Under the pieces are notes generated by a model that ran no database searches, was not told where the DNA came from, and saw nothing but the letters and a program-made list of their open reading frames with translations. A program made the position numbers and the translations under genes. A stretch of 64,000 bases of DNA. Origin: an uncultured Pseudanabaenaceae cyanobacterium. Its GTDB lineage: Bacteria; Cyanobacteriota; Cyanobacteriia; PCC-9006; JAAUQQ01. Below are positions 14,248 through 23,387 of this stretch, piece by piece. The stretch spans positions 945-64,944 of the forward strand of contig CALLAT010000079.1 in assembly GCA_938002085.1 (NCBI GenBank), in the 5' to 3' direction. Every line of letters starts with the position of its first letter. Position 1 is the first letter of the stretch.

Positions 14248-17061
14248 CTATGCTCCCTCATTCACCAGCAGCGCGACCGGAAACTGCGTCAGCACATCCT
14301 TGAGCAACAACTTGTCGCCCCCTTTGATGCGATCGCCCGTCAGCAAATCTCGCCAACTGCCTTGTCCTGAATCTGCTAGCTTAATTCCCGTCTCTCCCCA
14401 AACGGATTCTCCCAAGGGAAACTCACCTTCTTTGACTAAAGCAGTGGTTAGGCGGGGGGCGATCGCAATAACCCGCTGATTCCCTAAGCTGCGCTCGAAA
14501 GCGATCGCATGGTCACTCAGTGCTCCCGACAGCTCCAAGGGAAGATAGCCCCCCTGCTGAAACAGAGCCTCAAAGTCTCGGCGAGCTTGCAGTAACTTAT
14601 AAGTCAGATAGAACTTGATGCGAGCATCCTGACAAGTCTCTAGCAAATTCTGAATCAGAGCAGGTCGATCCGAGATTTCCTGCTGTTTTAGTTCCTCCAG
14701 CAACTGAGCCCGTTCGCCATAGTCCACCGGGCGGCGGTTATCGGGGTCCACCATGCTAAAGTCCCACAGCTCCGTGCCTTGGTAAACATCCGGCAGACCG
14801 GGCACCGTAAACTTCAGCAAGGTTTGGGAGAGCGAGTTGAGCAGGCCATAATGCTGCGCCTTGCGAGCAAAGGGAATAAAGGAATCCAGGAAGGGGTTAG
14901 CCTTACTACGGTCTAGGAGCAGATCGACAAAGTTCGCTAAGCCAGATTCATAGGCTTCATCGGGATTCTCCCAATTGCTATTCACCTTCGCCTCCCGCAC
15001 CGACTTCACCAGATAGTCCTTAACGCGACTCGCGACCCCTACTAATTCACCGTCATCAACGCTCCCATCTTCTCCAATAAAGGGCAAGACACCTACCAGC
15101 GTTTGATAGACAAAGTACTCATCGTTGGGCTTAAGCTGAGCCTGCTTGCTAGGGTTGAGCTGCTGCCAATGGTTCACCTGCTCCAGCCATTCCTCAGCCA
15201 GCTCCGAGATCACATTGATGCGAGCGCGAGTGTCCTCACCCCGCTTGGTGTCATGGGTGGCGGTGGCATTCATGCGTTGAGGCCACTGGCTTGCCGAGGT
15301 TTGGTTGAACTGGTGAAAGGCTTCGGGGCTGACGCCAAAATGCTCAAGAGCGGCACCCACTTCATTCAAAGAGGTGAGGCGGTTGTAGAGGTAAAAGGCA
15401 GTGTCCTCCACACCCTTGGCCATGACTGGGCCGGTGTACTGTTGTACCCGCATCGAGAAGCGCAGCCAAGTTGCTTGGTCTTCTTCGCTGAGGCCTTCCT
15501 CAAACTGGAGCAGCAGCACTCGCTCCAAAAAGTCCAGGGCAGCAGCACAAACCGGGAGCTTCTGTTTTGCTTGGTGGATGACGCCTTGGACGAGCGCCTG
15601 GTCGAGCGGGCTGGCACCCTCGTCATTGATGTAGCTGCGGTAGACCGGGAATAGGACCAAGATCTCCTCTAGGGCTTGCTGCAAGCGGGGTAGGGTGATG
15701 TCGCGGCTGGCGCGATCGCGTCCAGCAATCGTCCGCAATAAACGGGTCAGGTTATCCACATCCCCCGCCACATGCTCCTCCACAATCAGGCGCTTGTTCC
15801 GCTCAATCAGGTCGTCGCTGCTCACCGCTGTGCCAATGAAGTCTTGGTAGGTTTGGGTCAGGGATGACTCGCTGGTGCGATCGCACAAAACCCCATTCAG
15901 CTTATTCATAAAGTCATAGCCCGTCGTGCCTTGGATGGGCCAATGCTCAGGCAATTCTTCCTCAGCCTCTAAGATCTTCTCCACGAGCAGATAGGCTGCT
16001 GGGGCAGCTTGGCGCAGACGCTTCAGATAGACCAATGGATCATAGAGGCCATCGATATGGTCCACCCGCAAGCCCGTGACCTTACCGGCTTGAACCCAGT
16101 CCAGGAGGGTTTTATGGACCGTTTGAAAAACGATCTCATCTTCTACCTGTAGGCAGATGAGATCGTTAATGGTGAAGAAGCGGCGGTAGTTCAGTTCCTC
16201 AGTGCTGACCTTCCAATAGGCCAAGCGGTAGAACTGTTGGTTCAGCAATTCATCTAAATAAGCAAAGCGGCTAGAGGGATGCTCTGCCTCACCATCCTGC
16301 CCGTTAAAGGCTTGAATCGTTTTATCTAAATGCTGATGCAACTCGTCGGAACTATTCCACAACGCCCATAGCTGGTCCTTGATGGTGGAGACTTGATCAG
16401 CAAGTTCACCTGCTTCAACAAAATCGGCCAGTGCATCGATCAGCTCAATGATGTCTTGCAACTGCTGCAAGGCGGGATGCTCAGAGCCGAGCTGTTGCGA
16501 CAAGTCCGCGATGTTGTGGGTCAGGAGGATGACATAGGAGGCAAGGCACAGAGGAAATTGAAGGGCGTAATAGTTGATCGTGAAACCAGTCTCACCATAG
16601 GCCAGCTTCAGCTCACCGCCTGCCAAGCAATCGCCATAGGGTTGGCCTAAAAACGGAGCCAAGACCCGGCCAGTCATACCTTCGTAGGGATGCTGCCAGT
16701 CAATATCAAAATAGGAACCGTACTGGGATTGGAGCCCCTTCTCCATCACATCCATCAGCATGGGATTCTCGCAGCTGAAGGCCATATGGTTGGGTACGAT
16801 GTCTTGGACCCAGCCCAAGTTGAGCGATCGCAACGTCTCGCTCAATGCCTCAAAAGCAGCATCTCCACCCAGCTCCGGGTCCACATGGTTTGGATCAACA
16901 CCGTCGTAGCCATGGGTACTACCCTTACGGGAATGGAGAATCGGCGAGGCGTAGATGTCAGAAATCCCCAGGGCGCTGAGGTAAGGCGCGATCGCCTGGG
17001 CATCAGCCAACCCAAAGCTGGGGGTGAACTGGAGCCGATAGGTTGCGGAGGGGATTTTCAT
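14248..17061 (-). CDS. treY: malto-oligosyltrehalose synthase
   Basis: The N-terminus ATYRLQFTPSFGLADAQAIAPYLSALGISDIYASPIL...GSTHGYDGVDPNHVDPELGG is a diagnostic TreY (GH13) signature, and the length is ~935 aa. I place the start at the ATG at 17061 (MKIPSATYRLQF), not at the upstream extension to 17160. Confidence 0.9.
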   Translation of the reverse strand: MKIPSATYRLQFTPSFGLADAQAIAPYLSALGISDIYASPILHSRKGSTHGYDGVDPNHVDPELGGDAAFEALSETLRSLNLGWVQDIVPNHMAFSCENPMLMDVMEKGLQSQYGSYFDIDWQHPYEGMTGRVLAPFLGQPYGDCLAGGELKLAYGETGFTINYYALQFPLCLASYVILLTHNIADLSQQLGSEHPALQQLQDIIELIDALADFVEAGELADQVSTIKDQLWALWNSSDELHQHLDKTIQAFNGQDGEAEHPSSRFAYLDELLNQQFYRLAYWKVSTEELNYRRFFTINDLICLQVEDEIVFQTVHKTLLDWVQAGKVTGLRVDHIDGLYDPLVYLKRLRQAAPAAYLLVEKILEAEEELPEHWPIQGTTGYDFMNKLNGVLCDRTSESSLTQTYQDFIGTAVSSDDLIERNKRLIVEEHVAGDVDNLTRLLRTIAGRDRASRDITLPRLQQALEEILVLFPVYRSYINDEGASPLDQALVQGVIHQAKQKLPVCAAALDFLERVLLLQFEEGLSEEDQATWLRFSMRVQQYTGPVMAKGVEDTAFYLYNRLTSLNEVGAALEHFGVSPEAFHQFNQTSASQWPQRMNATATHDTKRGEDTRARINVISELAEEWLEQVNHWQQLNPSKQAQLKPNDEYFVYQTLVGVLPFIGEDGSVDDGELVGVASRVKDYLVKSVREAKVNSNWENPDEAYESGLANFVDLLLDRSKANPFLDSFIPFARKAQHYGLLNSLSQTLLKFTVPGLPDVYQGTELWDFSMVDPDNRRPVDYGERAQLLEELKQQEISDRPALIQNLLETCQDARIKFYLTYKLLQARRDFEALFQQGGYLPLELSGALSDHAIAFERSLGNQRVIAIAPRLTTALVKEGEFPLGESVWGETGIKLADSGQGSWRDLLTGDRIKGGDKLLLKDVLTQFPVALLVNEGA

Positions 17062-17324
17062 CAGGGTAGAGGCAATGGCCAAAAGAAGGGATGGAAAGTT
17101 AATCAGACCCAGTAACATCGTAGGGATATGGCAATGCCATGTCCGCCCTAGTATTTGCAACCGAACAGGCTAATCTCATCCTCATTCCTAAGGGAAGTGC
17201 AACGAGCGATCGGGCATCATCTATCTGGAGGATAGATCCAGCTCAAGCATTCCCCCACAATTTCTGACATTGATCCTAGCCCATCACTCACCAACCCACG
17301 GCTGGAACAAATCGGAATGAAACA

Positions 17325-17738
17325 CTATTGAGGAACAGCCAACTCCACCAGATGCTGACAAACGTAGTCCATCGTTGCCAGATTAAGCGGATCAGCCGTG
17401 GCATCCCCCCATTCACCCACGGGCAGTCCCTCAGCATTGATGTCTTTGTAGCGATGGCGATCGCAGTCATACAGGGTCACATAATCCGCCCGCACAGTTT
17501 CATTCGCCTTCTGTTCCGTAAAGTAGCTATCCACAATCCACTGGCTGGCTGCCTCGCCGGGGCGAATGGAATCGAGCGCCACATATTGCTGGGCCAGCCC
17601 GTCGGCAGATTCCCCCGTGAGCTGCCATTGGTGAGTCGCCACGGCTTGGGCTGGCATCGCTGCGAAGACCCAACCAATGCCGATCAGTAACAGAACTCCC
17701 AGGCATCTTCTCAATTGTTGTTTGAAGGTTGGCATCAT
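17325..17738 (-). CDS. hypothetical secreted protein
   Basis: From the internal ATG at 17738 the protein begins with a classic signal peptide, MMPTFKQQLRRCLGVLLLIGIGWVFAAMPAQA. The longer track ORF (to 17807) would overlap the LysR gene's 3' end. Confidence 0.55.
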   Translation of the reverse strand: MMPTFKQQLRRCLGVLLLIGIGWVFAAMPAQAVATHQWQLTGESADGLAQQYVALDSIRPGEAASQWIVDSYFTEQKANETVRADYVTLYDCDRHRYKDINAEGLPVGEWGDATADPLNLATMDYVCQHLVELAVPQ

Positions 17739-17772
17739 CGCGCTTGCTGTGGAAACTTCCGTAGGAATCGCT

Positions 17773-18684
17773 TCATTGCTCATCTGCTCCAACTTCATTA
17801 TGGCCAAAGCGATCGCGCAAAAACTGGGTCAGCCGCTGAACCTTAACGGACAAGTGGCGATTGACGGGATAAATCGCGCAGAGTTCTAGGGGCGCAGGGG
17901 GATAATCCGGCAAGACGAGCTGTAGCTGATTCTGCTCCAAAGCCTCAGCCGCAATAAAGCGGGGCAACATAACAATGCCTAAAGCTGCGATCGCCGCATC
18001 CCGCAAAACCTCACCGTTGTTAGCGCAAAATGGCCCCGAGACTTGGAAACGGTACGGTCCATCTGGACCCTGAAGCTGCCACTCCGGCTGAGTCGCAAAC
18101 TGCCCATAGTGGAGGCAAGCATGATTTTTAAGATCTGCGGGGGATTGGGGCTCGCCTGCCTCAGCCAAGTAATTCGGCGCGGCACAAAGCAGTAGCGGCA
18201 TCCGAGCTAGTTGCATTGCCACCAAGCTAGCCGCTGTAGGTAAAGTGCCAATGCGTAGGGTCAGGTCATAGCCTTCGGCAATGGGATCAATTTGTCGATC
18301 TTCCAAGGTGAGCTGAATCTGGAGATCAGGATATTGGGCGGCGAATTGGGCGATCGCCGGAGCCAGTTCCATCGTGCCGAAGCTCATAGGGGCATTAACT
18401 CGCAGCATTCCCTTGGGTTCCGCCTGGAGTTGGGCTACGGCCTGTTCGGCTTCGGCGAGGTCGGCAAGGATGGCGCGGGCGCGATCGCAAAAGGCTAGTC
18501 CCGTAGGCGTCGGGCTAACGCGGCGGGTGCTGCGCTGAAGAAGTTGCACTCCCAACTCATCTTCTAAGTCGATCACGAGGCGATTCACGGTGGAGCGAGA
18601 TAGACCCATCTCTCGGGCCGCCGCCGCAAAGCCTGCCGATTCTACAACCTGTACAAAGGCTTCCAGCCCAGCGAGTTTATCCAT
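17773..18684 (-). CDS. LysR-family transcriptional regulator
   Basis: N-terminal wHTH MDKLAGLEAFVQVVESAGFAAAAREMGLSRSTVNRLVIDLEDELGVQLLQRSTR followed by a LysR substrate-binding domain. It is divergent from the pirin gene. I prefer the ATG at 18684. Confidence 0.9.
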   Translation of the reverse strand: MDKLAGLEAFVQVVESAGFAAAAREMGLSRSTVNRLVIDLEDELGVQLLQRSTRRVSPTPTGLAFCDRARAILADLAEAEQAVAQLQAEPKGMLRVNAPMSFGTMELAPAIAQFAAQYPDLQIQLTLEDRQIDPIAEGYDLTLRIGTLPTAASLVAMQLARMPLLLCAAPNYLAEAGEPQSPADLKNHACLHYGQFATQPEWQLQGPDGPYRFQVSGPFCANNGEVLRDAAIAALGIVMLPRFIAAEALEQNQLQLVLPDYPPAPLELCAIYPVNRHLSVKVQRLTQFLRDRFGHNEVGADEQ

Positions 18685-18715
18685 GGCTATCGCGCTACTG
18701 ATCACGCCATCACCA

Positions 18716-18738
18716 ATTGTCTCAGAAATAAGGACAAT
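18716..18738. promoter_or_regulatory. LysR-type T-N11-A operator in the LysR/pirin divergent promoter
   Basis: A perfect inverted repeat ATTGTC-N11-GACAAT at 18716-18738, with an extra ATTGTC half-site at 18757-18762. It lies between the LysR start (18684) and the pirin start (18815). Confidence 0.6.
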
Positions 18739-18814
18739 ATGTATTTTATTTGCCTAATTGTCTTTCAAAAGGCGTCCATTCATAATGGATTCAGTCTCAC
18801 CGGGAGGTAGCTCC

Positions 18815-19519
18815 ATGATTACAATCCGCGCCGCAAAAGACCGAGGCACTGTGAATTTGAACTGGCTCCAAGGCAGCCATAGCTTTTCCTTTGGTAGCTA
18901 CCAAGATCCCGCTCACATGGGGTTTGCCAGTCTGCGGGTGATCAATGAAGACAAAATTGCACCCAGTGGGGGCTTTCCCACCCACGGCCACCAAGACATG
19001 GAAATCGTCACCTATGTTCTGGAAGGAAGCCTAGAGCATAAGGACAGCCTAGGGACTGGCTCCATCATTCGTCCCGGTGATGTCCAACGCATGAGCGCAG
19101 GCACGGGCATCCGCCACAGCGAGTACAACGCTTCCAGCGATGCCCCGGTTCACCTCCTGCAAATCTGGCTCTTGCCGGAAGCTGGTGGCATTGAACCCGG
19201 CTACGAGCAGAAGCACTTCGCTCCGGAGCAGATGCAAGGCCAACTGCGACTGGTGGGATCTCGCGATGGGCGCGATGGCTCCATCACCATCCATCAAGAT
19301 GTGAGCCTATACGCAGCCAAACTCTCTCGGGGTGAAAGCCTGGATTACTCTCCCTCAGAAGGTCGCGCGCTCTGGCTTCAAGTGGCTCGGGGTAGCGTCG
19401 AGCTAAATGGTCAGTTGCTGACCGCCGGAGATGGTGCTGCCATTACAGAAGTCGAGCAGCTGCACCTAACGGGGCAATCTGATGAAGGAGAACTGCTGCT
19501 GTTTGATATGGCAGCTTAG
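18815..19519 (+). CDS. pirin-family (cupin) protein
   Basis: The motifs [27 protein letters not shown] and [19 protein letters not shown] are pirin N-terminal cupin signatures. The ATG at 18815 is preceded by GGGAGG (18802-18807). Confidence 0.9.
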   Translation: MITIRAAKDRGTVNLNWLQGSHSFSFGSYQDPAHMGFASLRVINEDKIAPSGGFPTHGHQDMEIVTYVLEGSLEHKDSLGTGSIIRPGDVQRMSAGTGIRHSEYNASSDAPVHLLQIWLLPEAGGIEPGYEQKHFAPEQMQGQLRLVGSRDGRDGSITIHQDVSLYAAKLSRGESLDYSPSEGRALWLQVARGSVELNGQLLTAGDGAAITEVEQLHLTGQSDEGELLLFDMAA

Positions 19520-19530
19520 GCAAGCTAGGA

Positions 19531-19551
19531 CTAGAAACCGGGTTTCTCTAG
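19531..19551. repeat. palindromic motif CTAGAAACCGGGTTTCTCTAG (copy 1)
   Basis: A 7-1-7 palindrome core, AGAAACC-G-GGTTTCT, lies 11 nt after the pirin stop. A partial copy, TAGAAACCCGG, lies at 19581-19591. Confidence 0.6.
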
Positions 19552-19652
19552 TCAAAATCGAGGATTAACAGCTGATTTTGTAGAAACCCGGCGTCTTGGT
19601 TAGCAGGCGTCAATAAAGTTACACAAAAACAAGCGGATATGCTGAGCCGGGG

Positions 19653-21557
19653 ATGAAAGGTAAGGCGAGTACTCAGCAGCCTACCGTCCCATCCACCATG
19701 GTTTCCCCAGCAACGCCTGCCAAACCTGCCCTTGCCCAGTCTCCCTCTGCAACCCAAGGGGTTTCCATCGGAGTCAAGATTTTTGGCATTGCCACGAGTC
19801 TGCTGGGACTGATGCTGCTCGTCGTCTTCGTCTCCACCCATCGGCTGCGCAAGGTCAACGCCGAAATCACCGACCTGGCTCAGTACACCATTCCCATCAC
19901 CGATCGCGTCGCGCAAATCGATGTCCATGCCCTAGAACAAGAACTACACTTCGAGCGGGTCCTCAAACTCTACGAACAGGAACCGCTCGATCAGCGTCGC
20001 ATTCGCACCGAGGTGGCAGAGTTTGAAAAGCTAGACCAGCTGGTGAATCAAGAGTTGGCCGATGCGATCGCCCTAGCCAAAATCGCCATTGAAGAATCCA
20101 AACTCGAAAAAGATCAGGCCGAGTGGGAACAGATCACGCCCATGCTTGAAAGCATTGAGGCCCAACATCAACAGTTTCATGACCATGCCTTAGAAGTCTT
20201 AGCAGTGCTCCAAGCTGGGGACATGGATAAAGCCCATCAGCTGGAAGAACAAATCATTGTTGAGGAAACGAACTTTAACCAAGCCGTCAACGACCTCTTC
20301 CTAGAGCTCGAACAATTCACCGTAGAATCCGCTAAGTTGGGTCAGCAACATCAGCAAACCGTTCAAACGCTGAGCGTGGCCATTGCGCTGATTGCCACCG
20401 CCGTTGGATTGGTTTACGCCCAGCTGGTCAGCCAGGGATTAGTTAGGCCAGTGCGATCGCTCACGAAAGCCATGGCTGCCGTTCAAGCTGGAGATCTAGA
20501 TATTTCCCTCCCAGTGTCCAGCCGCGACGAAGTGGGAACGCTGGCTCGCAACTTCAACGCCATGGTCAAAGAACTCAGAACCAAAGTCCATCTCGAAGAA
20601 ACCTTTGGTAAATATGTTGACCCCCGCATTGTTCAATCCCTGATGGACAATGCCCCCACCACCCGGACTGAAGGCGATCGTCGGGTCATGACCGTGTTCT
20701 TCGCCGATGTCAAAGGCTTGGAGGCCGTTCTCTCTCGGTTGGAGCCTGAGGCTCAGGTCAACCTGATGAACCACTATTTGAACATCATGTCAGCACCCAT
20801 AACGGCCCATGATGGGGTGATCGACAAATTTATCGGCACGGTCATGATGGGCTTCTGGGGACCGCCCTTTTGTGATGCCCAGTGCCATGGTCAGCTGGCC
20901 TGCGAAGCCGCGTTAGAGCAAATCGAACGCCTTCGCCTGTTGCAGCAGCATATTCAAGAACTCACCGGAGAAGCCGCTCCCCTACATCTCCACATTGGCC
21001 TCTCCACTGGCAAACTCGTGGTCGGCAATATGGGCTCTGCCGCCGCCAAGTCCTACACCGTGATGGGCGACACCGTAAATACAGCCTCTCGCCTCAAAGG
21101 GGCCAGCCATCAATACGGCGTCACAGTGCTGATGAATGAAGCGACCCAGCAACAAGTCGCAGACACCATGGACACCCGAGAGCTGGATTTAATTCAGGTC
21201 GTTGGCAAGGAAGAGCCCGTGCGGATTTATGAGCTGCTGGGCCGCAAAGGTGACTTATCCGGTGACCAGCTAGAAGCCAAAACAGCATTTGAGGCAGGGC
21301 TACAGGCCTATCGGCAGCAACAGTGGTCCCTGGCTCGTGCCCAGTTTACCTATAGCCTGGCTTCTTCAGCCCGAGCAGCCTCGACAATCTCTGTCGCCTC
21401 TAAATCTCAAAAAATTGCGCCTACAACAGAAGTCTCTACCATCCCCACAGCCACGATTGAAACACCCGCAACATTGTACTTAGACCGCATCAGGCTTCTG
21501 GAAGCTCAGCCCCCTGGCGAGCAATGGGATGGAGTTTGGCAACTCACGCAAAAATAA
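19653..21557 (+). CDS. membrane class III adenylate/guanylate cyclase (2 TM, helical sensor, HAMP, CHD), C2-like residue set
   Basis: HAMP: RPVRSLTKAMAAVQAGDLDISLPVSSRDEVGTLARNFNAMVKEL. CHD: VMTVFFADVKG, IDKFIGTVMMGFWGPPF, HIGLSTGKLVVGNMG, SYTVMGDTVNTASRL, VVGKEEPVRIYEL. Confidence 0.9.
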   Translation: MKGKASTQQPTVPSTMVSPATPAKPALAQSPSATQGVSIGVKIFGIATSLLGLMLLVVFVSTHRLRKVNAEITDLAQYTIPITDRVAQIDVHALEQELHFERVLKLYEQEPLDQRRIRTEVAEFEKLDQLVNQELADAIALAKIAIEESKLEKDQAEWEQITPMLESIEAQHQQFHDHALEVLAVLQAGDMDKAHQLEEQIIVEETNFNQAVNDLFLELEQFTVESAKLGQQHQQTVQTLSVAIALIATAVGLVYAQLVSQGLVRPVRSLTKAMAAVQAGDLDISLPVSSRDEVGTLARNFNAMVKELRTKVHLEETFGKYVDPRIVQSLMDNAPTTRTEGDRRVMTVFFADVKGLEAVLSRLEPEAQVNLMNHYLNIMSAPITAHDGVIDKFIGTVMMGFWGPPFCDAQCHGQLACEAALEQIERLRLLQQHIQELTGEAAPLHLHIGLSTGKLVVGNMGSAAAKSYTVMGDTVNTASRLKGASHQYGVTVLMNEATQQQVADTMDTRELDLIQVVGKEEPVRIYELLGRKGDLSGDQLEAKTAFEAGLQAYRQQQWSLARAQFTYSLASSARAASTISVASKSQKIAPTTEVSTIPTATIETPATLYLDRIRLLEAQPPGEQWDGVWQLTQK

Positions 21558-21612
21558 CAGGCCCGACCATCAAGCAAATCAACAGTCCAACGAATCGGAG
21601 TCTTCCAGGGTG

Positions 21613-23355
21613 ATGCAACTTTCTACAAAATCTCGCTTCTCATTGCCCATCGGCATGAAGATCTTTGGCGTTGCAACCAGCATGTTGACCTTGTTGCTAG
21701 GTGTGACTTATCTGAGCCATCAGAACATCCGGGATGTGAACCATGAACTGATTGACATTGCTGATTACCTGGCTCCCCTCAACAAAAACCTAGCGGAGAT
21801 CAACGTTCACACCCTAGAACAGGAAATTCACTTTGAGCGCATGGCTCGCTACTACGCCATGGATGACGTGGATAAAGCCAAAATTGCAGCCGAAGCTGAA
21901 GCCTTTGCCCTGCTAGCGCTGAAGGTCACTGGGGAGATTTCCGCTGCGTTGAGCCTGGCAGAGGTGGCTGCCACCCAAAGTTATCTCCCCGAAGACCGGC
22001 AACAAGCAGCCCGGCTGCAAGCCTTTTTGGACATGTTGCAAACGGATCATCAGAGGCTGGAGAAGCTGAGCCGTCAAATTATGGGCAAGCTCGCTGCGGG
22101 TGATCTAGAGGGCGCACAGCGCTTGGATACTCAACTCGCTGAGTTTGAAGATGCCTTTGATGACCGGGTCCAAAAGATTTTATTCGAGCTCTCCGACTTC
22201 ATCGAGACCTCTGCACTGCGCTCCCAAGCCCATGAAGAACAGACCCTCCGCATGAGCTGGGGCTTGGCTGCGATCGCCAGCGCAGTGGGCCTGCTCTTTG
22301 CCTCCCTCGTCACCGCAGGTCTAATCCGCCCCGTGCGCCGACTGGTCGCCCAAACCCATGCCGTTGAGCAGGGCAATCTGGATGTGGAAGTCCCGATTCA
22401 TTCCGGCGATGAAGTGGGCCAGCTCAGCCAGTCCTTCAATGCCATGGTCCATGAGCTGCGAGAAAAGAAGCGGCTCAAGAGCACCTTTGGCCAATATGTA
22501 GACCCCCGCATTGTAGAGACGTTGGTGAAGCAACAGAAACGCCTCCAGACCCAGAGCAGCACTCAAAGCCAAATGATGACGCTGTTTTTCTCGGATATGG
22601 CTGGGTTTAGCAGCATCAGCGAACTGCTCACCCCAACGGGCCTAGTCACCCTCATCAATCAATATCTGACCCTAGCCTCGGCCCCCATCCAAGAGCACCA
22701 GGGCGTCATCAATCAGTTTATTGGCGATGCTGTCAGCGCCTTTTGGGGTGCTCCCTTTGTGGCCCCCGAAGACCATGCCAAGCTCGCCTGCTACGCTGCC
22801 CTAGAGCAATTTGATCAACTGACAAAACTGCGCCGAGCCTTGCCCGAAATCATGGGCATTCGCAAAGGCTTACCGGAGATCAACATCCGCATTGGCCTAG
22901 CCTCAGGCACCGTCGTGGCAGGCAATATCGGTTCAGATCATTCCAAGTCTTACACCGTCATGGGGCCAGCGGTGCAGATCGCGGAGACCTTGGAAGGGGC
23001 CAGCAAAATTTATGGAACGCGGATTTTGATGACGGCAACCACCAAGGAACTGGCTGGGGAGTCAATTGAAATCCGCGAGATTGATCAGATGGTGCTGAGC
23101 GAAGGGACAGAACCGGAGCCGATTTACGAACTATTGGGGATTACTGGCAGCACTGATGAGGGAGTTTTAGAGATGCGCGATCGCTTCCACACAGCCCTCG
23201 CCGCCTATCGCGCCCAGCAATGGGCGGAGGCCGAGACAAGCTTCCAGCTCTGTCTCCAGCAAATTCCTGATGACGGCCCATCCTGCTATTACCTGGCCCA
23301 GTTACAAGCGCATCGAGTCAAACTTCTGCCTGAGCCCGTAGACATGCTTGGCTAG
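21613..23355 (+). CDS. membrane class III cyclase paralog (2 TM, helical sensor, HAMP, CHD), C1-like residue set
   Basis: It has the same architecture as the upstream gene. CHD: MMTLFFSDMAGF, INQFIGDAVSAFWGAPF, RIGLASGTVVAGNIG, SYTVMGPAVQIAETLE. I prefer the ATG at 21613 (MQLSTK...); the track ORF start at 21529 would overlap the upstream gene. Confidence 0.9.
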   Translation: MQLSTKSRFSLPIGMKIFGVATSMLTLLLGVTYLSHQNIRDVNHELIDIADYLAPLNKNLAEINVHTLEQEIHFERMARYYAMDDVDKAKIAAEAEAFALLALKVTGEISAALSLAEVAATQSYLPEDRQQAARLQAFLDMLQTDHQRLEKLSRQIMGKLAAGDLEGAQRLDTQLAEFEDAFDDRVQKILFELSDFIETSALRSQAHEEQTLRMSWGLAAIASAVGLLFASLVTAGLIRPVRRLVAQTHAVEQGNLDVEVPIHSGDEVGQLSQSFNAMVHELREKKRLKSTFGQYVDPRIVETLVKQQKRLQTQSSTQSQMMTLFFSDMAGFSSISELLTPTGLVTLINQYLTLASAPIQEHQGVINQFIGDAVSAFWGAPFVAPEDHAKLACYAALEQFDQLTKLRRALPEIMGIRKGLPEINIRIGLASGTVVAGNIGSDHSKSYTVMGPAVQIAETLEGASKIYGTRILMTATTKELAGESIEIREIDQMVLSEGTEPEPIYELLGITGSTDEGVLEMRDRFHTALAAYRAQQWAEAETSFQLCLQQIPDDGPSCYYLAQLQAHRVKLLPEPVDMLG

Positions 23356-23370
23356 AAACCCGGTTTCTCA
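23352..23370. repeat. palindromic motif CTAGAAACCCGGTTTCTCA (copy 2, inverted relative to copy 1)
   Basis: The core AGAAACC-C-GGTTTCT is the exact reverse complement of the 19535-19549 core. It overlaps the stop codon (23353-23355) of the second cyclase. Confidence 0.6.
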
Positions 23371-23387
23371 ATCGCCTCACAGTCGCC

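Noticed and set aside
15103-15654. A 183-aa + strand ORF inside treY, and similar ORFs at 16690-17115.
   Set aside because: It is antisense to a gene with strong TreY homology along its full length. There is no independent support.
14248-17061. treY without an adjacent treZ/treX, considered as a possible anomaly.
   Set aside because: Split trehalose-synthesis loci are plausible and the partner genes may lie outside the window, so this cannot be evaluated here.
21529-21612. A 29-nt overlap between the two cyclase genes, implied by the track ORF start at 21529.
   Set aside because: The 28 extra residues (MEFGNSRKNNRPDHQANQQSNESESSRV) are low-complexity. The paralog alignment begins near MQLSTKSRFSLPIGMKIFGV, so the ATG at 21613 is the more likely start.
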